Source: Promethearchaeota archaeon (GTDB lineage: Archaea; Asgardarchaeota; Lokiarchaeia; Sigyniarchaeales; SOKP01). From it: a DNA stretch of 64,000 bases. A program made the position numbers and the translations under genes. Location of the stretch: positions 1,115 through 65,114 of the forward strand of contig JBHLNW010000006.1 in NCBI GenBank assembly GCA_048941185.1, in the 5' to 3' direction. Shown piece by piece: positions 1-9,553 of this stretch (positions are counted from its first letter, which is position 1; every line of letters begins with the position of its first letter). A model generated the notes under the pieces. The model searched no databases, was not told the origin of the DNA, and was given only the letters and a program-made list of their open reading frames with translations.

Positions 1-2
1 AC

Positions 3-1025
3 AGCCTTATTGATAATTTAAATAATAAAATTATAGATATAGGTACAGAAATTGAATCTAATGGAGATTTCGATTCAAAAGAAAGTCTCAGTGAAGAATT
101 CATTAATGCCCAAAATGTAATTCTTCAATTAACTGATGAAAATGAACAATTTAAAAGTCAAATTGAACAATTACAGCAAAAAATCGAAGAATATCAATCT
201 GATGAGGGAGTTATTGATACATCTCCTGATAATGAGATATTCATTAAACAGAATGAAGAATTAACAAATTTTAAAAAATTAAATTTCCAATTGATGCAAG
301 AAAATGGGTTCTTACGCGTAGAAATAGAGTCCTTAAAAGCTAAATTGCAGAAAGACATAGAAGTGGCTAGTTCTGAAGAATTAAAAAATGCATATGAACA
401 AATCAATGCTTTAACTGCAGAGCTAGAAGGCTATGAGTCACAAATAACTTATTTACAGGACCAAATAACAAATTTAAATGAACAAATAACAGTATCAACT
501 GAAGACGCATTAGAGTTTGCTAAACTTAGAGAAGAATTTGACAATTTAAAATCTGAGTTAGTTAAATATCAGCAGGAAAATACTAAACTTAACGAAGAAT
601 TAAGTGAATGGAAGAAGAAAAGTGAGAATCTTGAAAGTATAAAAGTTTATAGCACATCTATTCCCCAAGGGATGCCAAAAAAGATGAAGCACACTCTTTT
701 CACTAGAATGTATAGGTTGCTTGATGAAAATAATAGAAATAAAGTTGTTGAGTTCCTTATTCAAGATTTAAAAAGTAAAAATAGTGAAACTAAGAGTACT
801 GCTATAAAAGTATTAAGTCAAATAAAAAATGATAAAGTGTATAATGCTTTTCTTGAAATAATTGATGATCAAGACTGGTTAGTTAGATATAATCTTATTA
901 AGGCTATTAATCAATATGAAAACAAAAGTGATCAATTCAAAAATCTCTTGAAAAAATTATCCAAAGATGTTGATGTAGATGTTAGAGAGCTTGCAATAAA
1001 AATCTTAAACAATCTCTCAGAATAA
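3..1025 (+). CDS. coiled-coil / HEAT-repeat protein, 5' end outside window
   Basis: The frame is open from base 3, with no stop before the tracked Met at 291. The N-part is Q/E/L-rich coiled coil. The C-part has HEAT/PBS-lyase-like repeats (VVEFLIQDL.., DWLVRYNLIKAI.., DVDVRELAIKIL). Confidence 0.55.
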   Translation, partial: SLIDNLNNKIIDIGTEIESNGDFDSKESLSEEFINAQNVILQLTDENEQFKSQIEQLQQKIEEYQSDEGVIDTSPDNEIFIKQNEELTNFKKLNFQLMQENGFLRVEIESLKAKLQKDIEVASSEELKNAYEQINALTAELEGYESQITYLQDQITNLNEQITVSTEDALEFAKLREEFDNLKSELVKYQQENTKLNEELSEWKKKSENLESIKVYSTSIPQGMPKKMKHTLFTRMYRLLDENNRNKVVEFLIQDLKSKNSETKSTAIKVLSQIKNDKVYNAFLEIIDDQDWLVRYNLIKAINQYENKSDQFKNLLKKLSKDVDVDVRELAIKILNNLSE

Positions 1026-1065
1026 TATATAAAACTTACAGAATTCTCATAAATGATACAGACTA

Positions 1066-1329
1066 ATGGGAAGAAGATTATTTGCACTTAATAGATGGAA
1101 TTGGTCCCAAAAAGCAGAAAAATGGGTATACGTTGAAATTACAAGAAATGGAAAGCGAAAATATCTATATAGAATAGAACCTCCAAAAGAATTTATCGAA
1201 TTAACAATAAGAATGAAGAAACTTAATGAAAGATTATTGGAAGCAACAGATCCCGAAGAAAACATAAATATATTTAATGAATTAATGACTATTTCACAGA
1301 AAATGCAAGAAATGGGAAAAATTGATTAA
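1066..1329 (+). CDS. hypothetical small protein
   Basis: 87-aa ORF in an otherwise empty gap. No recognisable motif. Confidence 0.3.
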   Translation: MGRRLFALNRWNWSQKAEKWVYVEITRNGKRKYLYRIEPPKEFIELTIRMKKLNERLLEATDPEENINIFNELMTISQKMQEMGKID

Positions 1330-1331
1330 TT

Positions 1332-2066
1332 TTAATTACTTATTTCTTTTCTTGAAAGCTTATCCGCTAGAAAAACCGGTTCAGGTTGTCGATGCCCTTT
1401 AGCAGTAAATAAGCAGATTTGTAATGCAAGATCAAGCTGAATTTTATAGCCTTCACTTACAAAAACTGGTTTTGAACCATTTTTTAAACATATTGCATAT
1501 CCTAATAATTCATTTAATCCATTTTTAGGTATAATTTCTGGATCATTTGCCCATATTGGTGATTTATTGCCTTTTATTAAATGAATATCATTCCAATTAT
1601 AGTATCCAATATAGGGATTTTTTGCTACTCCTATAGTTGATACATTCAATGCAAAACCAAGATGAACTGCTTCTCCAAATCTTCGAGGGTGTATTTTTCC
1701 ATGACCATCACACATTATAATTTCTGGTTTATTTGGAAGTTTTGCGATCACTAATGCTAAGAGTTTACTTTCTCGAAATCCTAAAAATCCTGCTCTGTAA
1801 GGAAATTTAATTTGCTCCTTAGCAAAATAATATTCTTCTACTTTTTTTTGATTTAAATTCCATACAACCGCACAAGCTACTCCATAATCCTTTTTTTCTT
1901 TTTTATAGTATGAGATATCTACTCCAACGACAGTTTTAATAGCATTAATAGCGTTTAAATATGTGTTTTTTTTAATTTTGAGCATCAGATTCTGATATTT
2001 AACTTGAATTGCCTCTGCTCGTTTAAATGAATAATCATCTATCAGTAATTCTTGAATAATCGGCAT
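1332..2066 (-). CDS. nfi: endonuclease V
   Basis: Family hallmarks are present: VGVDISY, GFLGFRE and CDGHGKIHPRRFGEAVHLG. Typical ~240 aa length. Confidence 0.85.
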   Translation of the reverse strand: MPIIQELLIDDYSFKRAEAIQVKYQNLMLKIKKNTYLNAINAIKTVVGVDISYYKKEKKDYGVACAVVWNLNQKKVEEYYFAKEQIKFPYRAGFLGFRESKLLALVIAKLPNKPEIIMCDGHGKIHPRRFGEAVHLGFALNVSTIGVAKNPYIGYYNWNDIHLIKGNKSPIWANDPEIIPKNGLNELLGYAICLKNGSKPVFVSEGYKIQLDLALQICLFTAKGHRQPEPVFLADKLSRKEISN

Positions 2067-2220
2067 TCTAAATTAATTATTTCGTAATTCTTATGTATTA
2101 TTAAATTTAGTTGTTTTAATATTATTCTTAGTCAGCAATTTACTCCAAATTTTTTGAATTTATTAATAAAACATTTAATTTATTTCGATTTATACTCTTA
2201 ATTAGTTAGGTGATTTTTCT

Positions 2221-3024
2221 GTGAAAATTAGTGTAAGCGGAAAGGGAGGTGTTGGGAAAACCTTAGTAGCAGGTATTTTAGCTAGAATGTTTGCAAAAGA
2301 TGGTTTTAAAGTTCTTGCAATTGATAATGACTCTGCTATGAATCTTAGCTATACATTAGGTATTGATGAAAAAACTAAAGCTCAAATTGTCCCAATTAAA
2401 GAAATGAAATCAATGATAGAAGAAAGAACTTTTGTGAAAGGTGCGGGTCCCGGAGTATATAATATAAACCCTAAAGTCTCTGATATTCCAGATAAATTCA
2501 AAGTATCGGGACAAGATGGTCTACAACTGCTGGTTTTAGGTGGAATTGAAGAACCTGCTACAGGATGCCTATGTCCTGAAAATGCTTTAATTAGAACTCT
2601 CTTATACAATTTATTTGTGAAAAGAGATGAAGTTATAATCGTTGATTTTGAAGCAGGTATAGAACACTTAGGTCGCGGTACGGCAAAAGGTATCGATGTA
2701 ATGTTAGTTATAACAGAACCATCTCAAAAATCTTTAGACCTCTGCAAGAAAATAATTGAGCTATCTAAAAAACTCGGAGTTATAAATATATATTTGATAG
2801 CAAATAAAATAACTGATGAGTCCCAAGAAAATGTTATTAGCCAAAAAATTAAAGATTGGGGGGTTCCTCTTTATCATCTAATACCCTTCGATCCTGAAAT
2901 TGGTAAAGCTGATTTAGAGGGTAAATCACCAATAGATTATAACTCTAATTCAAAAGCGATTCAGTCAATAAAAGTACTATATAATAAATTAAAGAAATTA
3001 AAAGCCGAATTATTTGATTTATAA
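2221..3024 (+). CDS. cooC: CooC/AcsF-type P-loop nickel-insertion accessory ATPase
   Basis: GTG start preceded by AGGTGA. Deviant Walker A GKGGVGKT and the CooC-type metal motif GCLCPEN. MinD/ParA-like fold length. Confidence 0.8.
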   Translation: MKISVSGKGGVGKTLVAGILARMFAKDGFKVLAIDNDSAMNLSYTLGIDEKTKAQIVPIKEMKSMIEERTFVKGAGPGVYNINPKVSDIPDKFKVSGQDGLQLLVLGGIEEPATGCLCPENALIRTLLYNLFVKRDEVIIVDFEAGIEHLGRGTAKGIDVMLVITEPSQKSLDLCKKIIELSKKLGVINIYLIANKITDESQENVISQKIKDWGVPLYHLIPFDPEIGKADLEGKSPIDYNSNSKAIQSIKVLYNKLKKLKAELFDL

Positions 3025-3177
3025 AATAATTATATTATTTTATATCCCTTCTATATAATTCATTTATGAATCTATATATTCTATATAGAGGATCTATAAA
3101 TAACTAATTTTTATTTAGATGATTGGAGATAATCCAAAATTGTATAAATCATAAAAAAAGGAGGCGAAATAAAGAAG

Positions 3178-3360
3178 TTGAGAAAGAAAGAAAACCTTCT
3201 AGTATTAGGGATGCTTAGTTTAATCATAGCATTCGTTTTAGAAATGGCAGGTAATGGTGCTTTATTTGCCAACTTAATAAGCCTGTTTTTTGTAGGAGTC
3301 GCAATTTTTTCTAATGCTGGATATCTAGTTTTAACTTCTTTAGAGAAAGATAAGAAATAG
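3178..3360 (+). CDS. small 2-TM membrane protein (hypothetical)
   Basis: 60-aa ORF with a TTG start after GGAGG. Two hydrophobic helices. Confidence 0.3.
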   Translation: MRKKENLLVLGMLSLIIAFVLEMAGNGALFANLISLFFVGVAIFSNAGYLVLTSLEKDKK

Positions 3361-3375
3361 TATCAAATATTTTTT

Positions 3376-3618
3376 TTAAATTACATCTGTTAAATCTAAA
3401 TCTTGTTCTTCAGAAAGTTCTTTCCATTGTTCAATAGCTATTTTAGCTTCTTCTTCATTCATCATCTCAATTGCATATCCTGCATGAACAATCACATACT
3501 TTCCAACTATAGGATTTTGAATTAAAGCTATAATTACATTTTGTGTAATCCCATCAAAATCTACTAATGCTGAATTCCCATCAATTTTTAAGATTTTTCC
3601 TGGTATTGCTAAACACAT
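3376..3618 (-). CDS. hypC: hydrogenase maturation chaperone HypC
   Basis: Canonical N-terminus MCLAIPGKILKI with the essential Cys2. I moved the start to the ATG at 3618; the tracked ORF adds 5 codons from an upstream TTG. Confidence 0.85.
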   Translation of the reverse strand: MCLAIPGKILKIDGNSALVDFDGITQNVIIALIQNPIVGKYVIVHAGYAIEMMNEEEAKIAIEQWKELSEEQDLDLTDVI

Positions 3619-3736
3619 AACTTCTCTAATCAAAACTATAACTAATAATTCTTGTAATATAATTTGCTAAATAAAATTATTGTTTTCTCAAACTAAAAAA
3701 GCCGAATAAGATGAAATTAATTAGTAATGGGCTATT

Positions 3737-4531
3737 TTATTTTTTTAGACTATAGTAAGAAATAAGATCATCTAACCAATTGAAAATTTCTTCTTTTGAT
3801 AGATTATCAATGTTAAATTTTAATCTTTCTAATTCTCTTAGAATGTTTTTAATATCCAACGGTATGGATCGTTGGCATAGCTCAAATAAGAATTCATTAC
3901 TCTTCGTTACTAATGATTTAATCTCTAAATCCATAGCTTCAAATATAGGACTGTTATCTAATTCATCCACAGTTTTATCAAGATCTACAAGTAAATTTAT
4001 TAAATCGAAAAATCTTCCTGTTTCATTTCCTTTAAATGAACTACTAAATTGAAAGAAATATCCTCTGTAATCATCTATAGGAATTAATTCGGAATATTGA
4101 TTTGCTATTCGAATCACAGATTTTACATGTTTATATAGATTTGAAGGAGCCCATGCATAGAGATTAAAACTCGACTCCAAATCTTTACTTCGTATATCTA
4201 GGTTAAATTTATGCTCGTCTTTAAAATAACCAAAAGGAATAATAACAAAATCCAATACATTCAACGATTGTTGCGATAATGTAAAGTTAAGATCATCTAT
4301 TGTATATGTTTGATCTATTGAATGTTTATATAAATCAAATTTGACTCTTTTATTAGCAGGTTTATACATATAAAATATTAATCCTTCAAATCCTTGGAGA
4401 CTAAATTCTACTGTAAATTTTATATCTTTTTTTCCAATCATTCCATTATTAAATCTTACATCAAGAAACAAATGATAATAATTTTCAAGATAATGAAAAA
4501 ACCAAGGAATATCACGCTTTAAGTTAAACAT
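3737..4531 (-). CDS. hypothetical protein
   Basis: 264-aa uninterrupted ORF. No motif I recognise. Confidence 0.45.
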   Translation of the reverse strand: MFNLKRDIPWFFHYLENYYHLFLDVRFNNGMIGKKDIKFTVEFSLQGFEGLIFYMYKPANKRVKFDLYKHSIDQTYTIDDLNFTLSQQSLNVLDFVIIPFGYFKDEHKFNLDIRSKDLESSFNLYAWAPSNLYKHVKSVIRIANQYSELIPIDDYRGYFFQFSSSFKGNETGRFFDLINLLVDLDKTVDELDNSPIFEAMDLEIKSLVTKSNEFLFELCQRSIPLDIKNILRELERLKFNIDNLSKEEIFNWLDDLISYYSLKK

Positions 4532-4692
4532 AATTATTTTTACTCCATATTATTTTTATTTTTTTACTTAATATGAATCCCTTAGATAAATACTATTGAA
4601 AGGCTCCAAATTACTTAATGTCTCTTTATTATTTAAATCTTATAATCGCAATCGTTATATTAAAGAAAAAAATAATGATTTAAAAAATCTAA

Positions 4693-5160
4693 TTATTGAG
4701 AAATTGAATTCCCATTCCTTTCTGTTTTGACTTTATCGATCACAAAAGCTATAATTAATATAATGCTAGAGATAAAAATACCAATAGTAGTAAAACCAAT
4801 AGTCTCAAAAGCAGGATCAAATTCAAAAATCCAATAGAATATAGTAAGAATAAATATAATACCTCCTGAAAGCAAATAGATTATTGAATCCCGTTTAAAT
4901 TCATTTCCTCTACGTGTGTTAATTATCATTGTCAAAATTAGTGTCGTTGAAATTAAAACTGCGCTAAATAGAAGGATACCAAAAAGATCCTCATGCCATA
5001 CTCCAGAATCAAGTTCAAGCATTACAGAACCACCCAACCATTGCAGCATATCTCCATACATTCCAGAATGTATGATACGTGCAGGAATAAAAAGTGATAT
5101 AATAATAAGAATAGAAGCGATTAAGGCATAAAACCAAATGTCCTTTTTCAAATTTATCAT
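4693..5160 (-). CDS. integral membrane protein (about 4 TM), hypothetical
   Basis: Four long hydrophobic segments in a 155-aa ORF. Confidence 0.45.
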   Translation of the reverse strand: MINLKKDIWFYALIASILIIISLFIPARIIHSGMYGDMLQWLGGSVMLELDSGVWHEDLFGILLFSAVLISTTLILTMIINTRRGNEFKRDSIIYLLSGGIIFILTIFYWIFEFDPAFETIGFTTIGIFISSIILIIAFVIDKVKTERNGNSISQ

Positions 5161-5497
5161 ATATTTTCAACTTATTTTATATTAATACGATTAATTTTTG
5201 GTAAAATAAACTTAAGTTCATTCCATTTTTTCAGTATTTAAAAATTCTTGAATTTTGCACTATAAGTCTTAATATTAAAGCTAATCGTTCAAGACTTAAA
5301 TCCATTAAAGATGAAAATCAAAGACAAGAAAACAATTCTTTAGATATTATTTTATAGGTTTAATATAGCATTATATTGTATAGTCGATGTTTTTTTAAAT
5401 CAATCTTCTTGGAAAAAAACAATAAAAATATATGTTCTTCAAAAAAGTGTTGAAATTAACTAAAGAATAAATTGAAGAAAGCTAATTCAAAGATTTT

Positions 5498-5800
5498 TTA
5501 TTCATCACTTTTTTTTTTCGAATTTTTGCTTTTCTGAGAAGATCCGAAAAATAAAGATTTTTTCATATCAAACTCAATCTTTCGTAGGGTATCTTGGAGA
5601 TCTAAAGTATCATAGTCCTTTGTAAGTAACTCTAACAAACTATTCTTTAAAGCTTCTAAATTATCAACTCCACATTTATAATAGACACTATCTTGATCTA
5701 GGGCTAAGTTCAAAATTTCAAATAGCCCATAAAGAGCATCCCTGACTTTATCATAATAGTCCCAAGCATTTTCATCAAAATCATCGTCTGTATCACACAT
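5498..5800 (-). CDS. hypothetical acidic protein with basic tail
   Basis: 100-aa ORF with a D/E-rich N-part and a K/S-rich C-terminus. Confidence 0.35.
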   Translation of the reverse strand: MCDTDDDFDENAWDYYDKVRDALYGLFEILNLALDQDSVYYKCGVDNLEALKNSLLELLTKDYDTLDLQDTLRKIEFDMKKSLFFGSSQKSKNSKKKSDE

Positions 5801-6230
5801 AAACTTTCAATTAGAATGAAGTTTGACTAGCATATAAAAATTTTTAGTAAAAATTAAAAGATTTCTAGCTAATTCTCCTTTGTTTTACAGCCCATAGTTT
5901 TGATTGATTTATTCATAAAATAAGAAAAATTTCATTATATAATCAAACTAATAGAGAATTCTTTCTAACCTGAATAAGTTATTCGTTTCATTTTTCCAAT
6001 AGAGAAGTGGGAATCTATAGGTTTTATGTGTTTCAAATCGAATCTAAATTTGATAAATAGTCAAAGAATGAAAAAAAATATAATAAAGTCGTTCAATATT
6101 CTCACACTCAATAAACTTTATTAAGAGCTTGATCCTATTTAAAATTTATAGTCAAGAAAAAACTCTATTATAGAAAAAATAGTAAATGTTAAATATATAT
6201 TAACTCGGGAAGGGAAGGTGAACTAATGTT

Positions 6231-6464
6231 ATGAAAGATCTGATAGTAAATGCTGGATTTCGAATATCTAAATGTGGAGAGATTAGTAATGATAAACTAA
6301 AAGATTTTAAGCTATCTTTGAACTCATTCTTTTCTAAGAAAGATGATCCTCAGTATGAATCTTTTCTAATTAAAAGCTTTGAAATTGAAGGTCATGATTC
6401 ATATACTAATTTATTGTTTTTAGAATACGAAGAAATCATAGAAAAATTAATATCTAATTTGTAA
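6231..6464 (+). CDS. hypothetical small protein
   Basis: 77-aa ORF preceded by GGGAAGGGAAGGTGA. Confidence 0.3.
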   Translation: MKDLIVNAGFRISKCGEISNDKLKDFKLSLNSFFSKKDDPQYESFLIKSFEIEGHDSYTNLLFLEYEEIIEKLISNL

Positions 6465-6544
6465 AATTTAGAAACTAAAAATTAATTTTATAAATTTCTG
6501 AGATAAATAGAAAAAAAATAAAAAATTTTAAGATTTTCGTTGGG

Positions 6545-7423
6545 CTATAGATTAAACTTTTCTAATAGGCCAGATAGTCTTGTACGATGAAACTTCAATC
6601 CTAATTCATCAGGACTAAATCCCATTGCTAAAGCATATAATTCTGTTAAGTATAAAACAGGTATATCGTATTCAGATTCATACATCTTACCTAAGTCTCT
6701 TTGTCGAGTATCAAATTGTTGAAAACATGCAGGACAATTTACAACAATAACATCTGCTCCTGCTTTTTTAATACTATCCATTTTTTTCTTGAAATTTGCC
6801 ATTCCATGTTCCTCATAAGCATTTGTTACTGCTGAACCGCAACAAAGGGCTAATTCTTCATAATCAACGACTGTAGCGCCAGAAGCGGTAACCAATTCTT
6901 TTAAGTTAACTGGTCGAATTGGATCATCAGACTCCATCCATTCAGCAGGTCGCATATAATGACAACCCGGATGACAAGCTACCTTAAGACCACTTAATTG
7001 CTTAGCTATATTACTTCTGATTTTATCCATACCGACTTCATCTTTCAATACATCGACAAAATGTTTTACGTCAATAGATCCTTTAAATTCCTTCCCGATT
7101 TTCGCTAGTTCTGAATTAACCTTATCTTTCTTTAGACTATCATGCTTCAATTGATGTTGAACTCCTCTTAATGTATTAGCACACCCATTACACAATGATA
7201 CAATATCTTTCCCTTCTGATTCTGCTAAACAAAGATTTCGAGCTCCTATTACTAACCACGCATTATTATCGAAACTTTTGACTCCAGTTGGATCTGGACA
7301 ACAAGAAAATGGTGCTTGAGAAGTTTCTACACCTAGTTTATCAAAAACTTTTCTTGAGGCAGCTTCAATAAAGGGGATTCTATTACCAATAGTACATCCT
7401 TCAAACATTTTATATTCTGTCAT
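6545..7423 (-). CDS. hdrB: heterodisulfide reductase subunit B (two CCG domains)
   Basis: Cys-rich CCG-domain signatures (..FSCCPDP.., ..LCCGSA.., CPACF). Lies directly downstream of hdrC. Confidence 0.85.
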   Translation of the reverse strand: MTEYKMFEGCTIGNRIPFIEAASRKVFDKLGVETSQAPFSCCPDPTGVKSFDNNAWLVIGARNLCLAESEGKDIVSLCNGCANTLRGVQHQLKHDSLKKDKVNSELAKIGKEFKGSIDVKHFVDVLKDEVGMDKIRSNIAKQLSGLKVACHPGCHYMRPAEWMESDDPIRPVNLKELVTASGATVVDYEELALCCGSAVTNAYEEHGMANFKKKMDSIKKAGADVIVVNCPACFQQFDTRQRDLGKMYESEYDIPVLYLTELYALAMGFSPDELGLKFHRTRLSGLLEKFNL

Positions 7424-7442
7424 TTTTTCTCTTACCCTCGAA

Positions 7443-7958
7443 TTATTTTAATTTTTTAACAGCTCCTATATTCTTTAGTAATGTTTGTACTTCATTTACA
7501 TCAGGGTTTGCTACAGCTGGTAAACCTAATTGATCTCTTCGCCTCTCAATTGCAGGTTGTGAAGGAATTGCCTTAGCATTTTCAAATACAGCCTTTGCTT
7601 GCGAGTATATAAATTCGGGACCTTTACCTAGAGCAATACTTTCATTCTTTAAGAATGTAAAGATCTCTGTAAGTTCAATAGATTGAGGGCATACCTCATC
7701 ACACGTATCACATACAGTACATCCCCAAATTCCTAACTCATCTCCTCCAAGGAGTAAATCTTTATATCCTAATAATGCTGCTAAAATATTGTTTCTAGGA
7801 TTATATCCTGTAGTTGTGTAGAAGTCAGTTGTAACAGCCGTAACGGGACAATTATCGCTACAACGGCTGCATTGATAGCAGTATTTAATTACATCAGGCC
7901 CAATGTGAAAATCCATAACTTGTTTCCTAAATTCGAAATTTGCTTCCATTTTTTTCAA
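7443..7958 (-). CDS. hdrC: heterodisulfide reductase subunit C (2x[4Fe-4S])
   Basis: CYQCSRCSDNCP and CTVCDTCDEVCP ferredoxin motifs. Adjacent to hdrB. Confidence 0.85.
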   Translation of the reverse strand: MKKMEANFEFRKQVMDFHIGPDVIKYCYQCSRCSDNCPVTAVTTDFYTTTGYNPRNNILAALLGYKDLLLGGDELGIWGCTVCDTCDEVCPQSIELTEIFTFLKNESIALGKGPEFIYSQAKAVFENAKAIPSQPAIERRRDQLGLPAVANPDVNEVQTLLKNIGAVKKLK

Positions 7959-7984
7959 CTTTTTCTTATTATTTGAATGATTTT

Positions 7985-8040
7985 TTTATTTATAGGCTTT
8001 AACCCCACGCAAGGGGCAGTTATATCCAATTTCTAATATT
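7985..8040 (-). promoter_or_regulatory. candidate SECIS-bearing 3' UTR of the vhuU-like ORF
   Basis: This is the only GC-rich hairpin in the 94-nt spacer between the vhuU-like stop and hdrC. On the RNA strand it reads CCCC-UUGCGU-GGGG (plus coordinates 8003-8016). I could not fold a convincing full SECIS by eye. Confidence 0.3.
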
Positions 8041-8052
8041 TTTATTAGATAT

Positions 8053-8202
8053 TCATCCTAAGCCTACATTCAACTTTCGAGAGTAAATCTCGGTGCCCTC
8101 TTCATCAACAACAGTGATGTGAGCAGCACAAGATAGTCAACAGTCAAAACAGCGGACTACCATTTCTAAGAGATTTACTACACCTTCTGGTACATCACTC
8201 AT
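8053..8202 (-). CDS. vhuU: VhuU-like selenopeptide: C-terminal Ni-binding segment of the [NiFe(Se)] hydrogenase large subunit, with in-frame TGA = Sec
   Basis: My manual translation is MSDVPEGVVNLLEMVVRCFDC-TGA-LSCAAHITVVDEEGTEIYSRKLNVGLG-stop. The TGA at 8137-8139 occupies the first Cys of the universal DPCxxCxxH motif. That motif is missing from the upstream large subunit. Confidence 0.75.
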
Positions 8203-8244
8203 TTTTTTTGTTCACTTTTCTCTTTAATTTTCAATATATTTTAA

Positions 8245-9549
8245 TTATTTAATCCATGGGTCTGGTAATTTTAAACCATCTAGTGCCTTGTCTTCAAATA
8301 CCTGTTTAGCAACATGCATTAAGGTTTTTTCAATCCCTGCAATATTATGGTTTGTTGCTACTAAGAGGTTTGCTTTCTTACATATTCCATCACCATCTGA
8401 AAAGATGTGATATAATAATATACCTCTTGGAGCTTCCACTAATCCAACACCATCGGCTTCTCTTGGTTGAACATCTAATGTTTTACAATCAGGATTTACG
8501 ATATCAGGATCTTGAAGTAACGTAGCAATCATTTCTATAGATTCTACCAATTCGATTAACCTTGCCCAATGATATGCGAATGTATGGTGAGATACTAAAC
8601 CCACCTTAGCTCGCATTGCCTTTAATGCCTCATCAGCTAATGGTGTTGCCATTTTATCAGCTGCATTAATCATAGCTAATGTATTTGCTCGATATATGCC
8701 TTCCGGATATCCTGCTGGTTTATAATACATATGAGTTGCATAAGAATGTTCTGGAATATATTCTCCCAGTGCATCTAAATATTTTTGAGGAGGGTAATCA
8801 GTTTTCTCCCCTTCTGGGGATACTATCCTGAGATCTCCCTCATAAATATCATGAACTCCATTCTTAGTCATACCAGCATAATAGGTAGGCACTACTCCTA
8901 CGTTAGCCACTACATCCCAATAATCTTCTACGACCTTTAAACCAATATCTACAGTTTTTTTAGTCCATTCCACTTGATCTTGTATTTGTTTTAAAAATAG
9001 ATCACGAGCATCTTCATCCATAGCTTTTTTCATTCCACCAACTATTGCAGAAATTGGATGAACTGATTTACCACCAATCGTTGCACATAATTTTTGGCCA
9101 AAATCCATCATTTTTAATGCCATCGCACCTACATCGGGCATTTGATTTATTACATGGACGACATTCCTTAATGCAGGATCTGCCATAGGTCCGAGTAAGA
9201 AATCTGGTGCAGCTAAAGCATAAAAATGTAAAGCGTGGGATGAATATTGCTTGGCATTAATTAATAATTTTCGCAATTTTAAAGCCGGAGTTGGAATTTC
9301 AACTTGCCATGCATCTTCTACTGCTTTAGTAGGGGCTAAGTGATGAGGTATTGGACAGATTCCACAAATACGTGGAGTGATTCTCGGAATATGTTCACAA
9401 TATCTGCCTTCCAGAAACTTTTCAAAAAATCTCGTAGAAGTAATATTAAACTGAACATCTTGCACCTTTCCATCATCACCTAAAACTAATCTCAATCCAC
9501 CATGTCCTTCTAATCGAGTGACTGGTTCTACTTCTATCTCTTTTACCAT
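8245..9549 (-). CDS. vhuA: [NiFe] hydrogenase large subunit, group 3 (Mvh/Vhu-like), lacking the C-terminal Ni-binding motif
   Basis: N-terminal Ni motif RICGICPIPHH is present. The 434-aa protein ends ..LKLPDPWIK with no DPCxxCxxH. Confidence 0.9.
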   Translation of the reverse strand: MVKEIEVEPVTRLEGHGGLRLVLGDDGKVQDVQFNITSTRFFEKFLEGRYCEHIPRITPRICGICPIPHHLAPTKAVEDAWQVEIPTPALKLRKLLINAKQYSSHALHFYALAAPDFLLGPMADPALRNVVHVINQMPDVGAMALKMMDFGQKLCATIGGKSVHPISAIVGGMKKAMDEDARDLFLKQIQDQVEWTKKTVDIGLKVVEDYWDVVANVGVVPTYYAGMTKNGVHDIYEGDLRIVSPEGEKTDYPPQKYLDALGEYIPEHSYATHMYYKPAGYPEGIYRANTLAMINAADKMATPLADEALKAMRAKVGLVSHHTFAYHWARLIELVESIEMIATLLQDPDIVNPDCKTLDVQPREADGVGLVEAPRGILLYHIFSDGDGICKKANLLVATNHNIAGIEKTLMHVAKQVFEDKALDGLKLPDPWIK

Positions 9550-9553
9550 ATTA

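Noticed and set aside
3619-3633. Five extra N-terminal codons (TTG start, MIREV) on the tracked HypC ORF
   Set aside because: HypC function requires Cys directly after the initiator Met. An ATG-TGT is present at 3618-3613, so the longer form is unlikely.
8137-8139. Reading the TGA as a genuine stop, which would make the hydrogenase large subunit a C-terminally decayed pseudogene
   Set aside because: The downstream codons stay in frame and spell the exact remainder of the Ni-binding motif (LSCAAH) plus a typical cleavable extension. A separate ATG-initiated small ORF matches the known VhuU arrangement. Pseudogene decay would not preserve this.
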